This document shows, in pieces, positions 9,336-18,619 of a stretch of 64,000 bases of DNA. The position numbers and the translations under genes are program-made. This DNA is from a virus. The stretch is taken from IMG/VR virus record IMGVR_UViG_3300009034_000011. The stretch is one strand, 5' to 3'. The notes beneath the pieces are model-generated. The model ran no database searches. It was not told the DNA's origin and saw nothing but the letters and a program-made list of their open reading frames with translations. Numbering within the stretch: position 1 is the stretch's first letter; the number at the start of each line of letters is the position of its first letter.

Positions 9336-9411
9336 TGGTGCACCCGACAGGACTTGAACCTGCATCGTTCCGGTTAAAAGCCGGATACCTAGCCAATTAG
9401 GTTACGGATGC
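9336..9411 (-). tRNA. tRNA-Lys (anticodon UUU)
   Basis: Acceptor GCAUCCG/CGGGUGC, anticodon stem UCCGG/CCGGA, loop CUUUUAA, T-arm GCAGG-UUCAAGU-CCUGU, CCA. Confidence 0.75.
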
Positions 9412-9904
9412 ACCCTACCCTACAGGCCATAAAATCAAAACAGGATACGCTCCTTCAGACGGCTCCCGATCGTCGGTTTCATCTTCTGGGTCATAGGGTT
9501 CCTGGTGAGCAGGGTCCCACAGGAGCGTATCACTATAACCATCAAGGGGCTTGTATGCGTTTCCCTCCCCGTCTATAGATAACATAACCTGCCTACCATG
9601 TGGTTGTTTATCAAGTATAGCCTTTAGTTCCTCTACCGTCATTATTCCTCTCCTACACAAACTGTGCACTCAATTTCTCGATTATCATCACGTACCTCAT
9701 TGCCTTTCTCGTCTAGAGAAAGCCAATAACAGTTATGCTTGCCACTATTACTGATATCCGTAACTGGGATGCGTTTTCCTGACTCCAAGAGTAGCTTCTC
9801 TGTCCAATGCCTCCCAGTCCCCGAACTCTCAATCACTTCACCACCTGCTGTTGTTAAAGCCCCACCACGTGTGCGGCGGCAATCGATATACACAGCCTTC
9901 TTCA

Positions 9905-10225
9905 TTACTTCTCTCCTGAACCCTTTAACTCCTTGAATCTCCGCCGTGCAAGATCTCTAACAAACGCTGAACCATGTGCCAAGTACTCGGGGAGCTCGGC
10001 AAGGCTACAAGAACACACAACCGAACCATCGATTGTAAGACCAATATGTACAAGATGAGGATTTTGCTCGTCCAGCTTAAGCTCTATATAATGGTCTATA
10101 CCGTCTAGATACTTACCAAGTGTTTCCAACAGGTCCTGCCTCATCCGAACTTCGAACCGCTTAGTAACTGGACCCCCTATATATTTCTCCATGAGGTCGT
10201 TTAGCTCTTCCTCTAAACCCTTCAT
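9905..10225 (-). CDS. HEAT-like motif protein (paralog family)
   Basis: LAELPEYLAHGSAFVRDLARRRFKEL at C-terminus. Confidence 0.5.
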   Translation of the reverse strand: MKGLEEELNDLMEKYIGGPVTKRFEVRMRQDLLETLGKYLDGIDHYIELKLDEQNPHLVHIGLTIDGSVVCSCSLAELPEYLAHGSAFVRDLARRRFKELKGSGEK

Positions 10226-10611
10226 CTAAGACTTCCTAGCCTTCTTCATAATAGCTGACCCTTCCTTCACAAGTTGACGGGCTTCTTCCACCTTATCTTT
10301 CGAAAGGGCGCTTTCAAATGGTACATTACCGAGCAGATGTACTACCCTCATCACAAACAAAATATCAACCGATACCTCATCTTCATATTCTATACCGCCG
10401 CTAGACGTTTTCATTATTCAGCTCCTACTCCTTCTGCCATATTCTCTCCTTCCCTCGTGCTTCTTTCTCAGATCGCCGCATCTCCCTTTCGAAACATTTC
10501 TTACAATAGGGAAGTATCGTTTTAATATTTGCACTACCAATATGATGAGTCGCTGGCTTTCTACACGTAGTACATTTTTCCTCAGTCCTATACGACATCA
10601 TCTCTAATAAA

Positions 10612-10686
10612 TGGTGTGCCTGGGAAGACTCGAACTTCCGGTCCTCTGCTTGTAAGGCAGATGCTTTAGCCGCTAAGCTACAGGCA
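10612..10686 (-). tRNA. tRNA-Val (anticodon UAC)
   Basis: Acceptor GUGCCUG/CAGGCAC, anticodon stem UCUGC/GCAGA, loop CUUACAA, T-arm GGAAG-UUCGAGU-CUUCC, CCA. Confidence 0.75.
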
Positions 10687-10690
10687 CAAG

Positions 10691-10766
10691 TGGCACGCCC
10701 GAGAGGAATCAAACCCCTAATCTACCGGTCCGTAGCCGGTCGCTCTATTCGTTGAGCCACGGGCGC
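10691..10766 (-). tRNA. tRNA-Arg (anticodon ACG)
   Basis: Acceptor GCGCCCG/CGGGCGU, anticodon stem ACCGG/CCGGU, loop CUACGGA, T-arm AGGGG-UUUGAUU-CCUCU (non-canonical T-loop), discriminator G, CCA. Confidence 0.65.
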
Positions 10767-10777
10767 ACTAACGAAAA

Positions 10778-11095
10778 TCACACAACTGCTAAAGCAACGG
10801 TTGCCTCATCTAATTGCTGCTCATATTCGCGCGCTGCCTGATATAAACGGGACGACTCCCTATCTAGTCGTGAAACTTCACTTTCTATTTGTTCAATCCG
10901 ACGCTTTATCGTTGCGATTTTTAGACACTCTGCTACAATGTCGTCCGCCTCGTCGAGAGTCTTGATTTTCATACGTAGGTTACTCTCAAGAACATGCTTC
11001 TCACCGACAAGTTCCCACCGTTGATCGTGAAGCTCAGCCCATGCACGATTCTTCTCACACAAACAAATAGCTATTTCTCGAATCTCCTCACTCAT
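10778..11095 (-). CDS. hypothetical coiled-coil protein
   Basis: 105-aa ORF. Confidence 0.4.
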   Translation of the reverse strand: MSEEIREIAICLCEKNRAWAELHDQRWELVGEKHVLESNLRMKIKTLDEADDIVAECLKIATIKRRIEQIESEVSRLDRESSRLYQAAREYEQQLDEATVALAVV

Positions 11096-11855
11096 AATCC
11101 ACGCCTCCTAATACTTCCAATATCCCTTTCTCTCCTGAGGTTCCTTTCGAACTCGCTTCTTCTGTTTCGGCCCTGGTTTACCCTTTCCTAGTGGAAGATG
11201 CATTCTCTTAAGAGCTTTACGTCTCCCCTGGACACTATGTCCTGAACGAAACCTACCATATGACGGGAGGCCACAGCCACAGGCGCATACCTTCTCGCGT
11301 TCCGGAGTTCTGTGTCCGTACCGATATGTTTTTCCCATTTACTCAACCTGGCTAAAAACTTCATCCGCGATCGCTTTAACTTCCGGTATAGGCTCGCTCT
11401 CTAGTATCATCTGTGCGCCTCGCCCTACCGGGAGGCTCTTCTCCGACACAAATAACATATGAGGGGCGGAGGGATTCTCTTTCTCTTGTATAACCTGAAC
11501 ATCCCATCCATGTCTCTCCTCGACTAACTCTGCTATACGTGCCATAACCGAGAAATCCGAATGCTCGACAAAGGTATTATAAAACAAGTCAGATTTGCCA
11601 GTTGACATTTCAGTCACCTTTCATGAAGTCGAATTCCAACTGTTTAGATTCCTGAGGTGGCTCTGGTTCCGATTCGTCTACTCCGTAAACCACTACGTGA
11701 CAGAAATTACAACATGCCCACGATTTATAAATCCCACCATAGCTCCGAGGAAGATCGCTATATTGAGCTTCAAACTCGGCGGTACAATCCTCACAAACTT
11801 GCGTGATAAGATTAAAATCACTATAGTGGACAACATACTTGTAAATCCGCATATT

Positions 11856-11930
11856 GTTGGTGCACCCGGAAAGATTCGAACTTTCAACCACTAGCTTATC
11901 AGTCTAGCACTCTACCATTGAGTTACGGAT
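11856..11930 (-). tRNA. tRNA-Ile (anticodon GAU)
   Basis: Acceptor GCAUCCG/CGGGUGC, anticodon loop CUGAUAA, T-arm GAAAG-UUCGAAU-CUUUC, A73, CCA. Confidence 0.7.
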
Positions 11931-11948
11931 GCATAAATCCAAATTCAA

Positions 11949-12044
11949 ATTGGTGGAGGCGGCGGTATTGAAACCGCGTCCACAGTACCATAATATGAAA
12001 CTAATTCTAATTAGTTCATAGTACCGCGTCGAATCCTTACGCCC
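11949..12044 (-). ncRNA. 96-nt tmRNA-like tRNA-like domain (TLD-only mini-tmRNA / tRNA-Ala mimic)
   Basis: 5' GGGGGCG-UAA-GGAUUCGACGCGG and 3' GGACGCGGUUUCAAUACCGCC-GCCUCC-A-CCA match the conserved tmRNA 5' element (GGGGCUG..GGAUUCGACGGG) and 3' element (GGACGCGGGUUCAACUCCCGCCAGCUCCACCA). The acceptor stem has a G3:U70 pair. The anticodon arm is replaced by a ~40-nt AU-rich imperfect hairpin. Confidence 0.6.
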
Positions 12045-12268
12045 CCACGTTTAGCGAGTTTCTTCAGTCTCTTCTGACCTAACTCTCTTACAACCTCTGA
12101 CCCATTAACTAATAACATAGGCAACTCCCCTAGAGAGAGTTCTCGTAATAACTTCCGAGCCTGGCGAATATAACCCAAACGGGCATAAGTCCCGATCAAA
12201 TCAACTTGCGAATCAAGCGTCCGACCTCTAAAATGGGAAAGAGCCTCTTTGGAAATCCTTATTGTCAT
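12011..12268 (-). CDS. HEAT-like motif protein (paralog family); last 11 codons overlap the 5' end of the tmRNA-TLD-like RNA
   Basis: LGELPMLLVNGSEVVRELGQKRLKKL, then the reading frame runs into GGGGGCGUAAGGAUUCGACGCGG. Confidence 0.5.
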   Translation of the reverse strand: MTIRISKEALSHFRGRTLDSQVDLIGTYARLGYIRQARKLLRELSLGELPMLLVNGSEVVRELGQKRLKKLAKRGGVRIRRGTMN

Positions 12269-12402
12269 TTCCGGAACCTACAACCCTTACATGGATTCAT
12301 TCTATTTCATAACCAAAATCATAACTGCCCAGAAAAACACTCCAATAGCAATTATTTCTACCGCTGATACCTCAATCATAACTAAACACCTCCGCCTGTA
12401 AA

Positions 12403-12678
12403 AGGTGGCCTTGGCCCAGGGAGTCGAACCCTGGTATAGCTCCGTCGCTGCTGTTACATGGCCCGCTCTCCCACCTCGTCACAGATAGGAGTTAAAGCAC
12501 TCGACGTACTCGCTAAGCTTTCCCTCGTGCCAGCAGAAGGTTGTGACGCACCAGAACTACAGGGACCGTGCCGACGGCCACCAAGATTAGGTACTGTGAA
12601 ATACTCGACCCGTCGCGAATCGGCCCTAACTATTGTAACTCGCAGAGCCCCCATAACCCCAGCGACCACCACCAAGGC
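12403..12678 (-). ncRNA. ~275-nt GC-rich structured RNA with tRNA-like 3' end; possible tmRNA-related RNA, identity unresolved
   Basis: No credible ORF on either strand across 12290-12890. Local GC is clearly above flanking DNA. The 5' GCCUUGG pairs with the 3' CCAAGGC over 7 bp. A T-arm CAGGG-UUCGACU-CCCUG lies 3'-proximal. The 5' third contains GGGCCGAUUCGCGACGGG, resembling the tmRNA GGAUUCGACGGG element. No convincing tag ORF was found. Confidence 0.4.
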
Positions 12679-12894
12679 TACTTATGGCTGTGCCAGGTAA
12701 ACACCTGTAAGCATTACCTGTAGGTAAATAACCCAAGTAAATACCCGCTCCGCTGCATACTGGACTGTGGTCCCCGTCCTCAATAGCTACCTCACAGTAC
12801 CTGAATCAAAGTCGCTCTAGCTCTCTCCTCACTGACTAGTACAGCTTCCTCTCCCAACGGATCGGCGAGTGCTTGCACTAGAGCGACTCAAAAT

Positions 12895-12968
12895 TGGTTG
12901 CGGGGGCGAGAGTTGAACTCGCCTATCGAGCTTATGAGACTCGAGAGCAGCCGCTGCTCCACCCCGCA
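12895..12968 (-). tRNA. tRNA-Met (anticodon CAU; elongator or Ile2-type)
   Basis: Acceptor UGCGGGG/CCCCGCA (U1-A72), anticodon stem CGAGU/GCUCG, loop CUCAUAA, T-arm GCGAG-UUCAACU-CUCGC, A73, CCA. Confidence 0.7.
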
Positions 12969-12976
12969 ACAATAGT

Positions 12977-13050
12977 TGGCTGCCGAGGAAGGATTCGAAC
13001 CCTCACAAGCGGATCCAAGGTCCGCTGACCTACCGTTAGTCTACTCGGCA
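12977..13050 (-). tRNA. tRNA-Gln (anticodon UUG)
   Basis: Acceptor UGCCGAG/CUCGGCA with U1-A72 typical of bacterial Gln, anticodon stem GCGGA/UCCGC, loop CCUUGGA (C33), T-arm GAGGG-UUCGAAU-CCUUC, G73, CCA. Confidence 0.7.
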
Positions 13051-13055
13051 ATAGT

Positions 13056-13130
13056 TGGTGCACCCGAAAGGAGTTGAACCTTCACCTCGCCGGTTAAGAG
13101 CCGGCCACTCTACCAGTTGAGTTACGGGTG
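13056..13130 (-). tRNA. tRNA-Lys (anticodon CUU)
   Basis: Acceptor GCACCCG/CGGGUGC, anticodon stem GCCGG/CCGGC, loop CUCUUAA, T-arm GAAGG-UUCAACU-CCUUU, CCA. Confidence 0.75.
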
Positions 13131-13400
13131 CAATTCATCCAATCTCGTTCTTGCTACATCTCGTACGACACTATACTCACTTACTAAGTACTCAGGAAGT
13201 GATGCTGGATCATCTACCAGTTTAAGCTGCATTAACTGATCACATAAAGCACACTCATAATCAAAAGAACATAGAGAACCATTACAGGGAAGTGCAACCC
13301 CTAAATCCTCAGCTATATGCGTCGTTTCAGGCCTCGGATGGGGAATATCGATACCAAACCGATCACGATACATTTTCGCCATATCACGGGCCGTCAACAC
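13122..13400 (-). CDS. HEAT-like motif protein (paralog family); C-terminus abuts tRNA-Lys(CUU)
   Basis: PASLPEYLVSEYSVVRDVARTRLDEL. Confidence 0.5.
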   Translation of the reverse strand: MLTARDMAKMYRDRFGIDIPHPRPETTHIAEDLGVALPCNGSLCSFDYECALCDQLMQLKLVDDPASLPEYLVSEYSVVRDVARTRLDELHP

Positions 13401-13418
13401 TATACACCTTAATATGTT

Positions 13419-13494
13419 TGGTGTGCCCGGTCGGAGTCGAACCGACTACTCCCGGCTCTTCGGGCCAGAGCTCTACCAGTTGAGCTACGGACAC
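13419..13494 (-). tRNA. tRNA-Phe (anticodon GAA)
   Basis: Acceptor GUGUCCG/CGGGCAC, anticodon stem CUGGC/GCCGG, loop CCGAAGA (C33), T-arm GUCGG-UUCGACU-CCGAC, A73, CCA. Confidence 0.7.
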
Positions 13495-13681
13495 ACCTTA
13501 CGTAAATCATCAGCGTTTATATAATCTTCCCAGTATCTCCAGCCAGTTAACGCTCTCCACTCGCGAAGCATCACATAACACCAAGTTTCGTCAATAGCAG
13601 TATCAACATCTATAGATAGAATTACACCATTCCACTTACGATATCTAACCTTATCTAATTCTGCAAAACAACACATCAAAA

Positions 13682-13757
13682 TGGAGAGCCGGGCGAGAGT
13701 CGAACTCGCAAATAACTGATCTGCAGTCAGCTCCCTTAACCATTTGGGTACCGGCTC
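13682..13757 (-). tRNA. tRNA-Cys (anticodon GCA)
   Basis: Acceptor GAGCCGG/CCGGCUC, 3-bp D-stem, anticodon stem GCUGA/UCAGU, loop CUGCAGA, T-arm GCGAG-UUCGACU-CUCGC, U73, CCA. Confidence 0.75.
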
Positions 13758-14313
13758 ACCCTAACCTTTTATCTCCGTGGGAGGCGTCGTCACAAAGGTA
13801 CGGTTACGCTTATAACCTTCAAGGTGTATTGATTTGTTTGGTACACCATGAGTGCCGTGCGGATTATGCTTCTCAACTTTGATAATAGAGACTCCGTCTC
13901 CACTTCTCAAAGTTTCTTTGAAGAAAGCAAGAGCACACTCCTTCATGTCATCGTCCACCTCTCCAAAAAACTCCTCTGTTACACAATCATAATATCCCAC
14001 TTTTTCTGCCACTAAGATTACCCCCACTCATAATGGTGAAGCTTGCCCTCCGTCTAGCCGACAGCGCTTCTTGAGATCGTCAAGGTACTCCTTATCGTCC
14101 TCATATAACCTGCCCTCGAGCTTTGACTTTATATCTAGCTCTTCTGCATAACATTTTACAGCCCACCGAACAGGTTCTGCAAATACAGCGTTTAGTAGAG
14201 CCTCCATAACTTGCTCTGGAACTCCTTCAGGAGTTATAGCTACTGCCACCTCAGGTATATCAAGAAGTCCCATTAAAATAGAACTCCGAACTGTCGCCTC
14301 CGCATCAGTCATT

Positions 14314-14538
14314 TTAGTTTTCAGCCCCTTCTATGCCGCGCATCCTCTCCCACTTTTTCTGCTGTTGTACACGCTTCCACTCCCGAGCTATACAACCTCG
14401 TACGGCCTCACTTCTAGATGCTGCACCTGTCTCTTTCTGTATCTCGTCGAGCATCTCTGACGAACGGTCCGTAAGCGCTATGTTGATTGTTCTTGTCGCT
14501 AAGTTTTCGGATTTCTTGGGTCTGCCACCTCTACTCAT
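14314..14538 (-). CDS. ribbon-helix-helix (CopG/Arc-like) DNA-binding protein
   Basis: RTINIALTDRSSEMLDEIQKETGAASRSEAVRGCI matches the RHH beta-alpha-alpha pattern. Confidence 0.55.
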   Translation of the reverse strand: MSRGGRPKKSENLATRTINIALTDRSSEMLDEIQKETGAASRSEAVRGCIAREWKRVQQQKKWERMRGIEGAEN

Positions 14539-14568
14539 TGCTCACCCTCTATTTCACTATAAAATATG

Positions 14569-14654
14569 GTGGGGAGGGTCGGATTTGAACCGACGCGGCT
14601 GTTAACAACGGATTTACAGTCCGTCCCCTTCAACCTGACTCGGGCACCTCCCCA
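14569..14654 (-). tRNA. tRNA-Tyr (anticodon GUA), type II
   Basis: Acceptor GGGGAGG/CCUCCCC, anticodon stem ACGGA/UCCGU, loop CUGUAAA, long variable arm, T-arm GUCGG-UUCAAAU-CCGAC, A73, CCA. Confidence 0.75.
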
Positions 14655-15035
14655 TTAACGTCCTGGTGGTTTCTTCTTAAGCTTCGCTAACTCGTCTCTA
14701 AAACCTTGACTTACTGGTGACAGTCCCGGTATCTTAGCCCTCATATCCTTTCTTATGAAATCAAGAGATGGATCCAACGCCTGATTGGGAAAGTTACGTG
14801 TCTGCCACCACGGGTGTACCTTACCATCACTACCAATATAAGTAATTGTGACAAAATTAGGGTGGCGTATAGCTTGCTCAAGAGCCTTCAGTAACTCCTC
14901 GGAAACTGTCAACTCTCCGATAGCAACACTATCTGTTACCTGCTGCTGTTTCGCATCGTGCAGCGTTGGTCCATCAACTCCACTCCTAGTTGGCTGATCA
15001 GCTGCTAACGACGACCGCTTGTAGTTACCCTGCAT
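14655..15035 (-). CDS. hypothetical protein
   Basis: 126-aa ORF. Confidence 0.4.
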   Translation of the reverse strand: MQGNYKRSSLAADQPTRSGVDGPTLHDAKQQQVTDSVAIGELTVSEELLKALEQAIRHPNFVTITYIGSDGKVHPWWQTRNFPNQALDPSLDFIRKDMRAKIPGLSPVSQGFRDELAKLKKKPPGR

Positions 15036-15038
15036 TTA

Positions 15039-15983
15039 CTACCCCTTCAAGAACTCAACCATTGCATTGATATCGAGGTTCTGAGACAATGCAATGTTCT
15101 CGAAGCCCCAGAAGTTTTCAGAAACAACCCTCCCCTGAAACTCCGTTTCCACCCCAAGGCTTCCCAACACATACATTACGGAACGCTTATCCAATAAAGC
15201 ACCCAGGTAGGATACCCAGCTGTTGCAGCCAACTACTACCCCGGCGTCAAAGATCGCCTGGACCACCTCGGCGACATCCCACTGACCCATCATATTAAAG
15301 ATATTATCGCTTAAGTTACTATCTACAATATCTTTAATATGGAGGTAGTCGGTGTAAGTACCTACCAGGCACACTGGAACACCCTCAAACACAGATATCA
15401 CAGCCCTGTAGAGTTCCATAAAATCTCTAGCTTTGAAGTTCCGCGGTGTACGCAATGAGGTAAACGGCTGAAATATCACAGGGTAATCTTGCTTCTTCTT
15501 GTGGCGGATAAACTCCGACAAAATTATATCTGAAGCTAACTTATTTACTCGAAACTTCCTCATACACTCCTTCAAAAGCCTCTCAGTATACCCGTACCGA
15601 TCCAGCCTCGTAATCTCGCGTTGCACTTGTCCAAGTATGTCCTCGATGTCCGGACCATGATACCTGGTAAGGTACGGAAATCTTTCCCAGTACCTCTCGG
15701 GAACAACAACATCAGGTATATCCTTCAGCTCACAGTGCACCTTCATAGGATGCACCTCTATCACGTTAACATCAACTGGGTCGTCTTCAATACCGTGCGG
15801 TGTTAGTATATACCTAGCAGGAACACCGAAATCGAAGTTAATGAAGAACCTATAAAGCAGATGAGGATAATACCCCGTCAGATAGTAAGTTAAATAGTCA
15901 ATTCTGTTTTCATCTGCTAGCACTGCTAGTTTCGGTAATATAACCGCTGAATCCCCTATACCGTATGGACACTTGATAATCAT
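15039..15983 (-). CDS. glycosyltransferase family 9-like (heptosyltransferase-like) protein
   Basis: 314 aa. The N-terminal IIKCPYGIGDSAVILP resembles the GT9 ILVIRLSSLGDVLLTTP motif. Confidence 0.4.
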   Translation of the reverse strand: MIIKCPYGIGDSAVILPKLAVLADENRIDYLTYYLTGYYPHLLYRFFINFDFGVPARYILTPHGIEDDPVDVNVIEVHPMKVHCELKDIPDVVVPERYWERFPYLTRYHGPDIEDILGQVQREITRLDRYGYTERLLKECMRKFRVNKLASDIILSEFIRHKKKQDYPVIFQPFTSLRTPRNFKARDFMELYRAVISVFEGVPVCLVGTYTDYLHIKDIVDSNLSDNIFNMMGQWDVAEVVQAIFDAGVVVGCNSWVSYLGALLDKRSVMYVLGSLGVETEFQGRVVSENFWGFENIALSQNLDINAMVEFLKG

Positions 15984-16327
15984 CCTCTAAACTCTTCCCC
16001 ATACGCCTCATACTTCTCGAGCCACCTATTTATCCTCTCCCTATCCTTCTTCATCAGCTCTGCCATCCTATCAATCCTAGCCTCAACGAAAGGCTGGGCA
16101 ACAAACCTACTACTACCTTTAACGCAGGGGACGCTGCGCTCAAGTTTATCAGGATGGTTTTTCCAATAATCGAACCTTTCGTTATCATAATGTGGTATAG
16201 CAAGTCTTGGGGCAGTAGCTAGCTCTGCTAACTTATCACCCTGAACTTTATCCATATGCAGTACCCCTAAAAAGTTGGGGTGAGCGAGGAGAATCGAACT
16301 CCCATAAACTGATCCACAGTCAGTCAC
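15980..16327 (-). CDS. hypothetical protein
   Basis: 115-aa ORF. Confidence 0.4.
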   Translation of the reverse strand: MTDCGSVYGSSILLAHPNFLGVLHMDKVQGDKLAELATAPRLAIPHYDNERFDYWKNHPDKLERSVPCVKGSSRFVAQPFVEARIDRMAELMKKDRERINRWLEKYEAYGEEFRG

Positions 16328-16350
16328 TCTACCTTTGAGTTACACCCACC
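16276..16350 (-). tRNA. tRNA-His (anticodon GUG) with encoded G-1
   Basis: Acceptor GUGGGUG/CGCUCAC, extra 5' G pairing with C73, anticodon stem ACUGA/UCAGU, loop CUGUGGA, T-arm GGGAG-UUCGAUU-CUCCU, CCA. Confidence 0.75.
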
Positions 16351-16360
16351 ACCATTATCC

Positions 16361-16666
16361 TTATCCTTTCGAAAGAGGGGATCCTTTATTCTTTTCGCGT
16401 TCAACTCTCGCCACAACTGGTCCAGGCCATATGCGGGGCTGTGCCTCTAGACTCGAACCATACTTGGTCAACGTAGCCTCTATACCTAGAGCCTCACATA
16501 CCTGTTTACTTTCGCAATGTCCATCCACAGCATCCTGCAGTAACTGGCGTTGCTGAGCGACCCAGTTTCCCACACGGATCAGCAACATCACATAGTCCTC
16601 ATGACTTCGAACCTCAGGGCCGTTGAGAATAGCCCGCGCCTTATCGCCTGCTTCCTTAATAGTCAT
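16361..16666 (-). CDS. hypothetical protein
   Basis: 101-aa ORF. Confidence 0.4.
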   Translation of the reverse strand: MTIKEAGDKARAILNGPEVRSHEDYVMLLIRVGNWVAQQRQLLQDAVDGHCESKQVCEALGIEATLTKYGSSLEAQPRIWPGPVVARVEREKNKGSPLSKG

Positions 16667-17177
16667 TATAACTACTCCACACCGTGAAATACTGCATCGG
16701 TGTCCAAGAGGAAATCGCCATCAAACCACTGTGGTGCCATTTCCGCTATCTTTTCAAGTGTCAAGATACCCTTCTTGCTTTCAGGAACGGGCTGACTTAC
16801 TTTTAGTTCTCTTATACGGTCGGCTCCGTCACCGTCACAGTAAATGGCAACTACTCTAGATGCGCCGACGTCACCTAGATGCTTCGCGCGTCGGAGCATC
16901 AAAACTAACGCTCGATAAAACGCTTCATTACAGCTGAGCTTTATTGTAAAGCCTTTAGTCTCGTTAGACATCGTCCTTGTATTCCTCCCACTCGTCCGAC
17001 TTATCTTCCAAGAGCTTGAAAACGAATATGTCCGTTTCGCCCGAGGGATCTTTGACATGAGCCCACGGTCCGTAAGTTCCACCTTCGAGGAAGTCAAAAC
17101 TAACATAAGAACCCTCTGCCCACTCTGGTAACCTTATTTTCCCTATCCTCTGATCTAGCGCCTCCTGCACTGTCATA

Positions 17178-17717
17178 TTAGAACCCCAATCTGTTCCTGA
17201 TATACGGACGGTCGAGGTAGTGACCCGTCTCATCTATCTCCCGGTCGAAAAGCGGGTCGACAATCTTCCCGAATAACTCCCTGCCGTAATTCTTGATTAC
17301 AATCCCTTCTATTCTCAAAGCACCAAATGCGGACTCAATACCCAAAAGATCGAAAAGCTGCCCAAGACCCTTAACAACACCCTCAAACAATATTGGTGGA
17401 GTTGGAATATCCAGTGCCCCGAAAACAACCTGCTTTTCAGAAAGCCCAAGAAAACACTCTTGCTGATAATCCCATATATCTAAACCTACCTCCCATTTGG
17501 GAAGCTGAGTATAAGCTACAGTGTGCTTACGCTTGAGGTTCTCTTTGAAAATAGCATAACCCTCATCCTCTAGTTCTATCAACTTACCATCCAGCTTTTC
17601 TTCCACAACTACAGGCCCGGTAAGAAGCTCATCTATCTCCTCAGAAGTCAAATAACGTTTGCTCCTCCTGGGATACCCTGGAATCTCAATTCGATATATC
17701 TTAGGGTATCTCTTCAT
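17178..17717 (-). CDS. hypothetical protein
   Basis: 179-aa ORF. Confidence 0.4.
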   Translation of the reverse strand: MKRYPKIYRIEIPGYPRRSKRYLTSEEIDELLTGPVVVEEKLDGKLIELEDEGYAIFKENLKRKHTVAYTQLPKWEVGLDIWDYQQECFLGLSEKQVVFGALDIPTPPILFEGVVKGLGQLFDLLGIESAFGALRIEGIVIKNYGRELFGKIVDPLFDREIDETGHYLDRPYIRNRLGF

Positions 17718-17935
17718 ATTCGTACTTCGGTATTATATTCTTAGCTTTCAGTCGCCCAAAAACCTTTTCGGGATGACATATGTGACATCTACGTCGACCA
17801 CAATCAAAAGGCTTTCGTTTAGCTAGTAAATGTCGTTTTTGAAGTAATTGATCATAGTACCGACCGCGGCCGTATACTTGCTTAACCTGTCTAAGTCGTG
17901 ACCGTATAACAGCTTCGGTACGTGCTATCCTTTTC

Positions 17936-18154
17936 TCATGAATGCTTTTGCCTTGGCTCATATCTCCCCTCTGCCTTCAGTCGCCGGAACTTCTCATAAA
18001 TCAACCACCGGATCGTTTCACTTCGCGAAACTGCGCTAATTTTCTTCTTAATGAGGTCTAGTTCCTCAAGCAAAGGTTCCGGAATGACAACGTTAATCGT
18101 TATCACATCAAATTTCGTTTTCGGCCTACCCCTCTTCCCCAACAAGTATATCAC
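17936..18154 (-). CDS. ribbon-helix-helix DNA-binding protein
   Basis: ITINVVIPEPLLEELDLIKKKISAVSRSETIRWLI. Confidence 0.5.
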   Translation of the reverse strand: MIYLLGKRGRPKTKFDVITINVVIPEPLLEELDLIKKKISAVSRSETIRWLIYEKFRRLKAEGRYEPRQKHS

Positions 18155-18179
18155 CCCTGCTCATATTCCCAAATTAGAT

Positions 18180-18255
18180 GGCGTGCCCGGTGAGGGTCGA
18201 ACTCACAACAAACGGATTAGAGGTCCGTTACTCTATCCATTGAGCTACGGGCACG
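18180..18255 (-). tRNA. tRNA-Arg (anticodon UCU)
   Basis: Acceptor GUGCCCG/CGGGCAC, anticodon stem ACGGA/UCCGU, loop CCUCUAA (C33), T-arm GUGAG-UUCGACC-CUCAC, G73, CCA. Confidence 0.7.
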
Positions 18256-18256
18256 T

Positions 18257-18601
18257 TTATAACCCATACTCTACTACTCTAACGCCGGCAGCTTTAGCCT
18301 GAGAAACCATATTATTTGTGCCTCGGGTACGCCTACCTGCAAAAAATGCTAATACCATATCCGGCTTTCCCTCATCAAGCATCCGCTTATTGCGTATAGG
18401 ACCTGCCGCTTTATCGAATAAATCCCAATCTGCATAATAACAGTTCCACCCGATATCAAGCTCGCGAGCTATATCCAGTGCCAAGGAATCTGCTCCTGTG
18501 GCCTCTCCCGCTATGACCTCGTCAGCCCCATACTCTATAATAGCCTTTTTTATAGCTTCTCGATCGCTATATGTACGCGTACCACATACCAAAATACGCA
18601 T
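18257..18601 (-). CDS. SLOG/DUF2493-like Rossmann-fold protein
   Basis: MRILVCGTRTYSD...VIAGEATGADSLA pattern of the YspA/DprA-like SLOG superfamily. Confidence 0.35.
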   Translation of the reverse strand: MRILVCGTRTYSDREAIKKAIIEYGADEVIAGEATGADSLALDIARELDIGWNCYYADWDLFDKAAGPIRNKRMLDEGKPDMVLAFFAGRRTRGTNNMVSQAKAAGVRVVEYGL

Positions 18602-18619
18602 CTATCTCCTCAAATTAAG

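Noticed and set aside
12403-12678. Canonical one-piece tmRNA assignment for the 275-nt RNA
   Set aside because: Every candidate reading frame terminated in atypical tag endings (…ARSL, …SYL, …GERAM), and the 5' acceptor strand is not GGGG-type. Kept only as an unresolved structured RNA.
16964-17233. 89-aa ORF overlapping 16672..17106 in another frame
   Set aside because: Only one of the two overlapping ORFs is likely real and neither has diagnostic motifs. Omitted rather than guessed.
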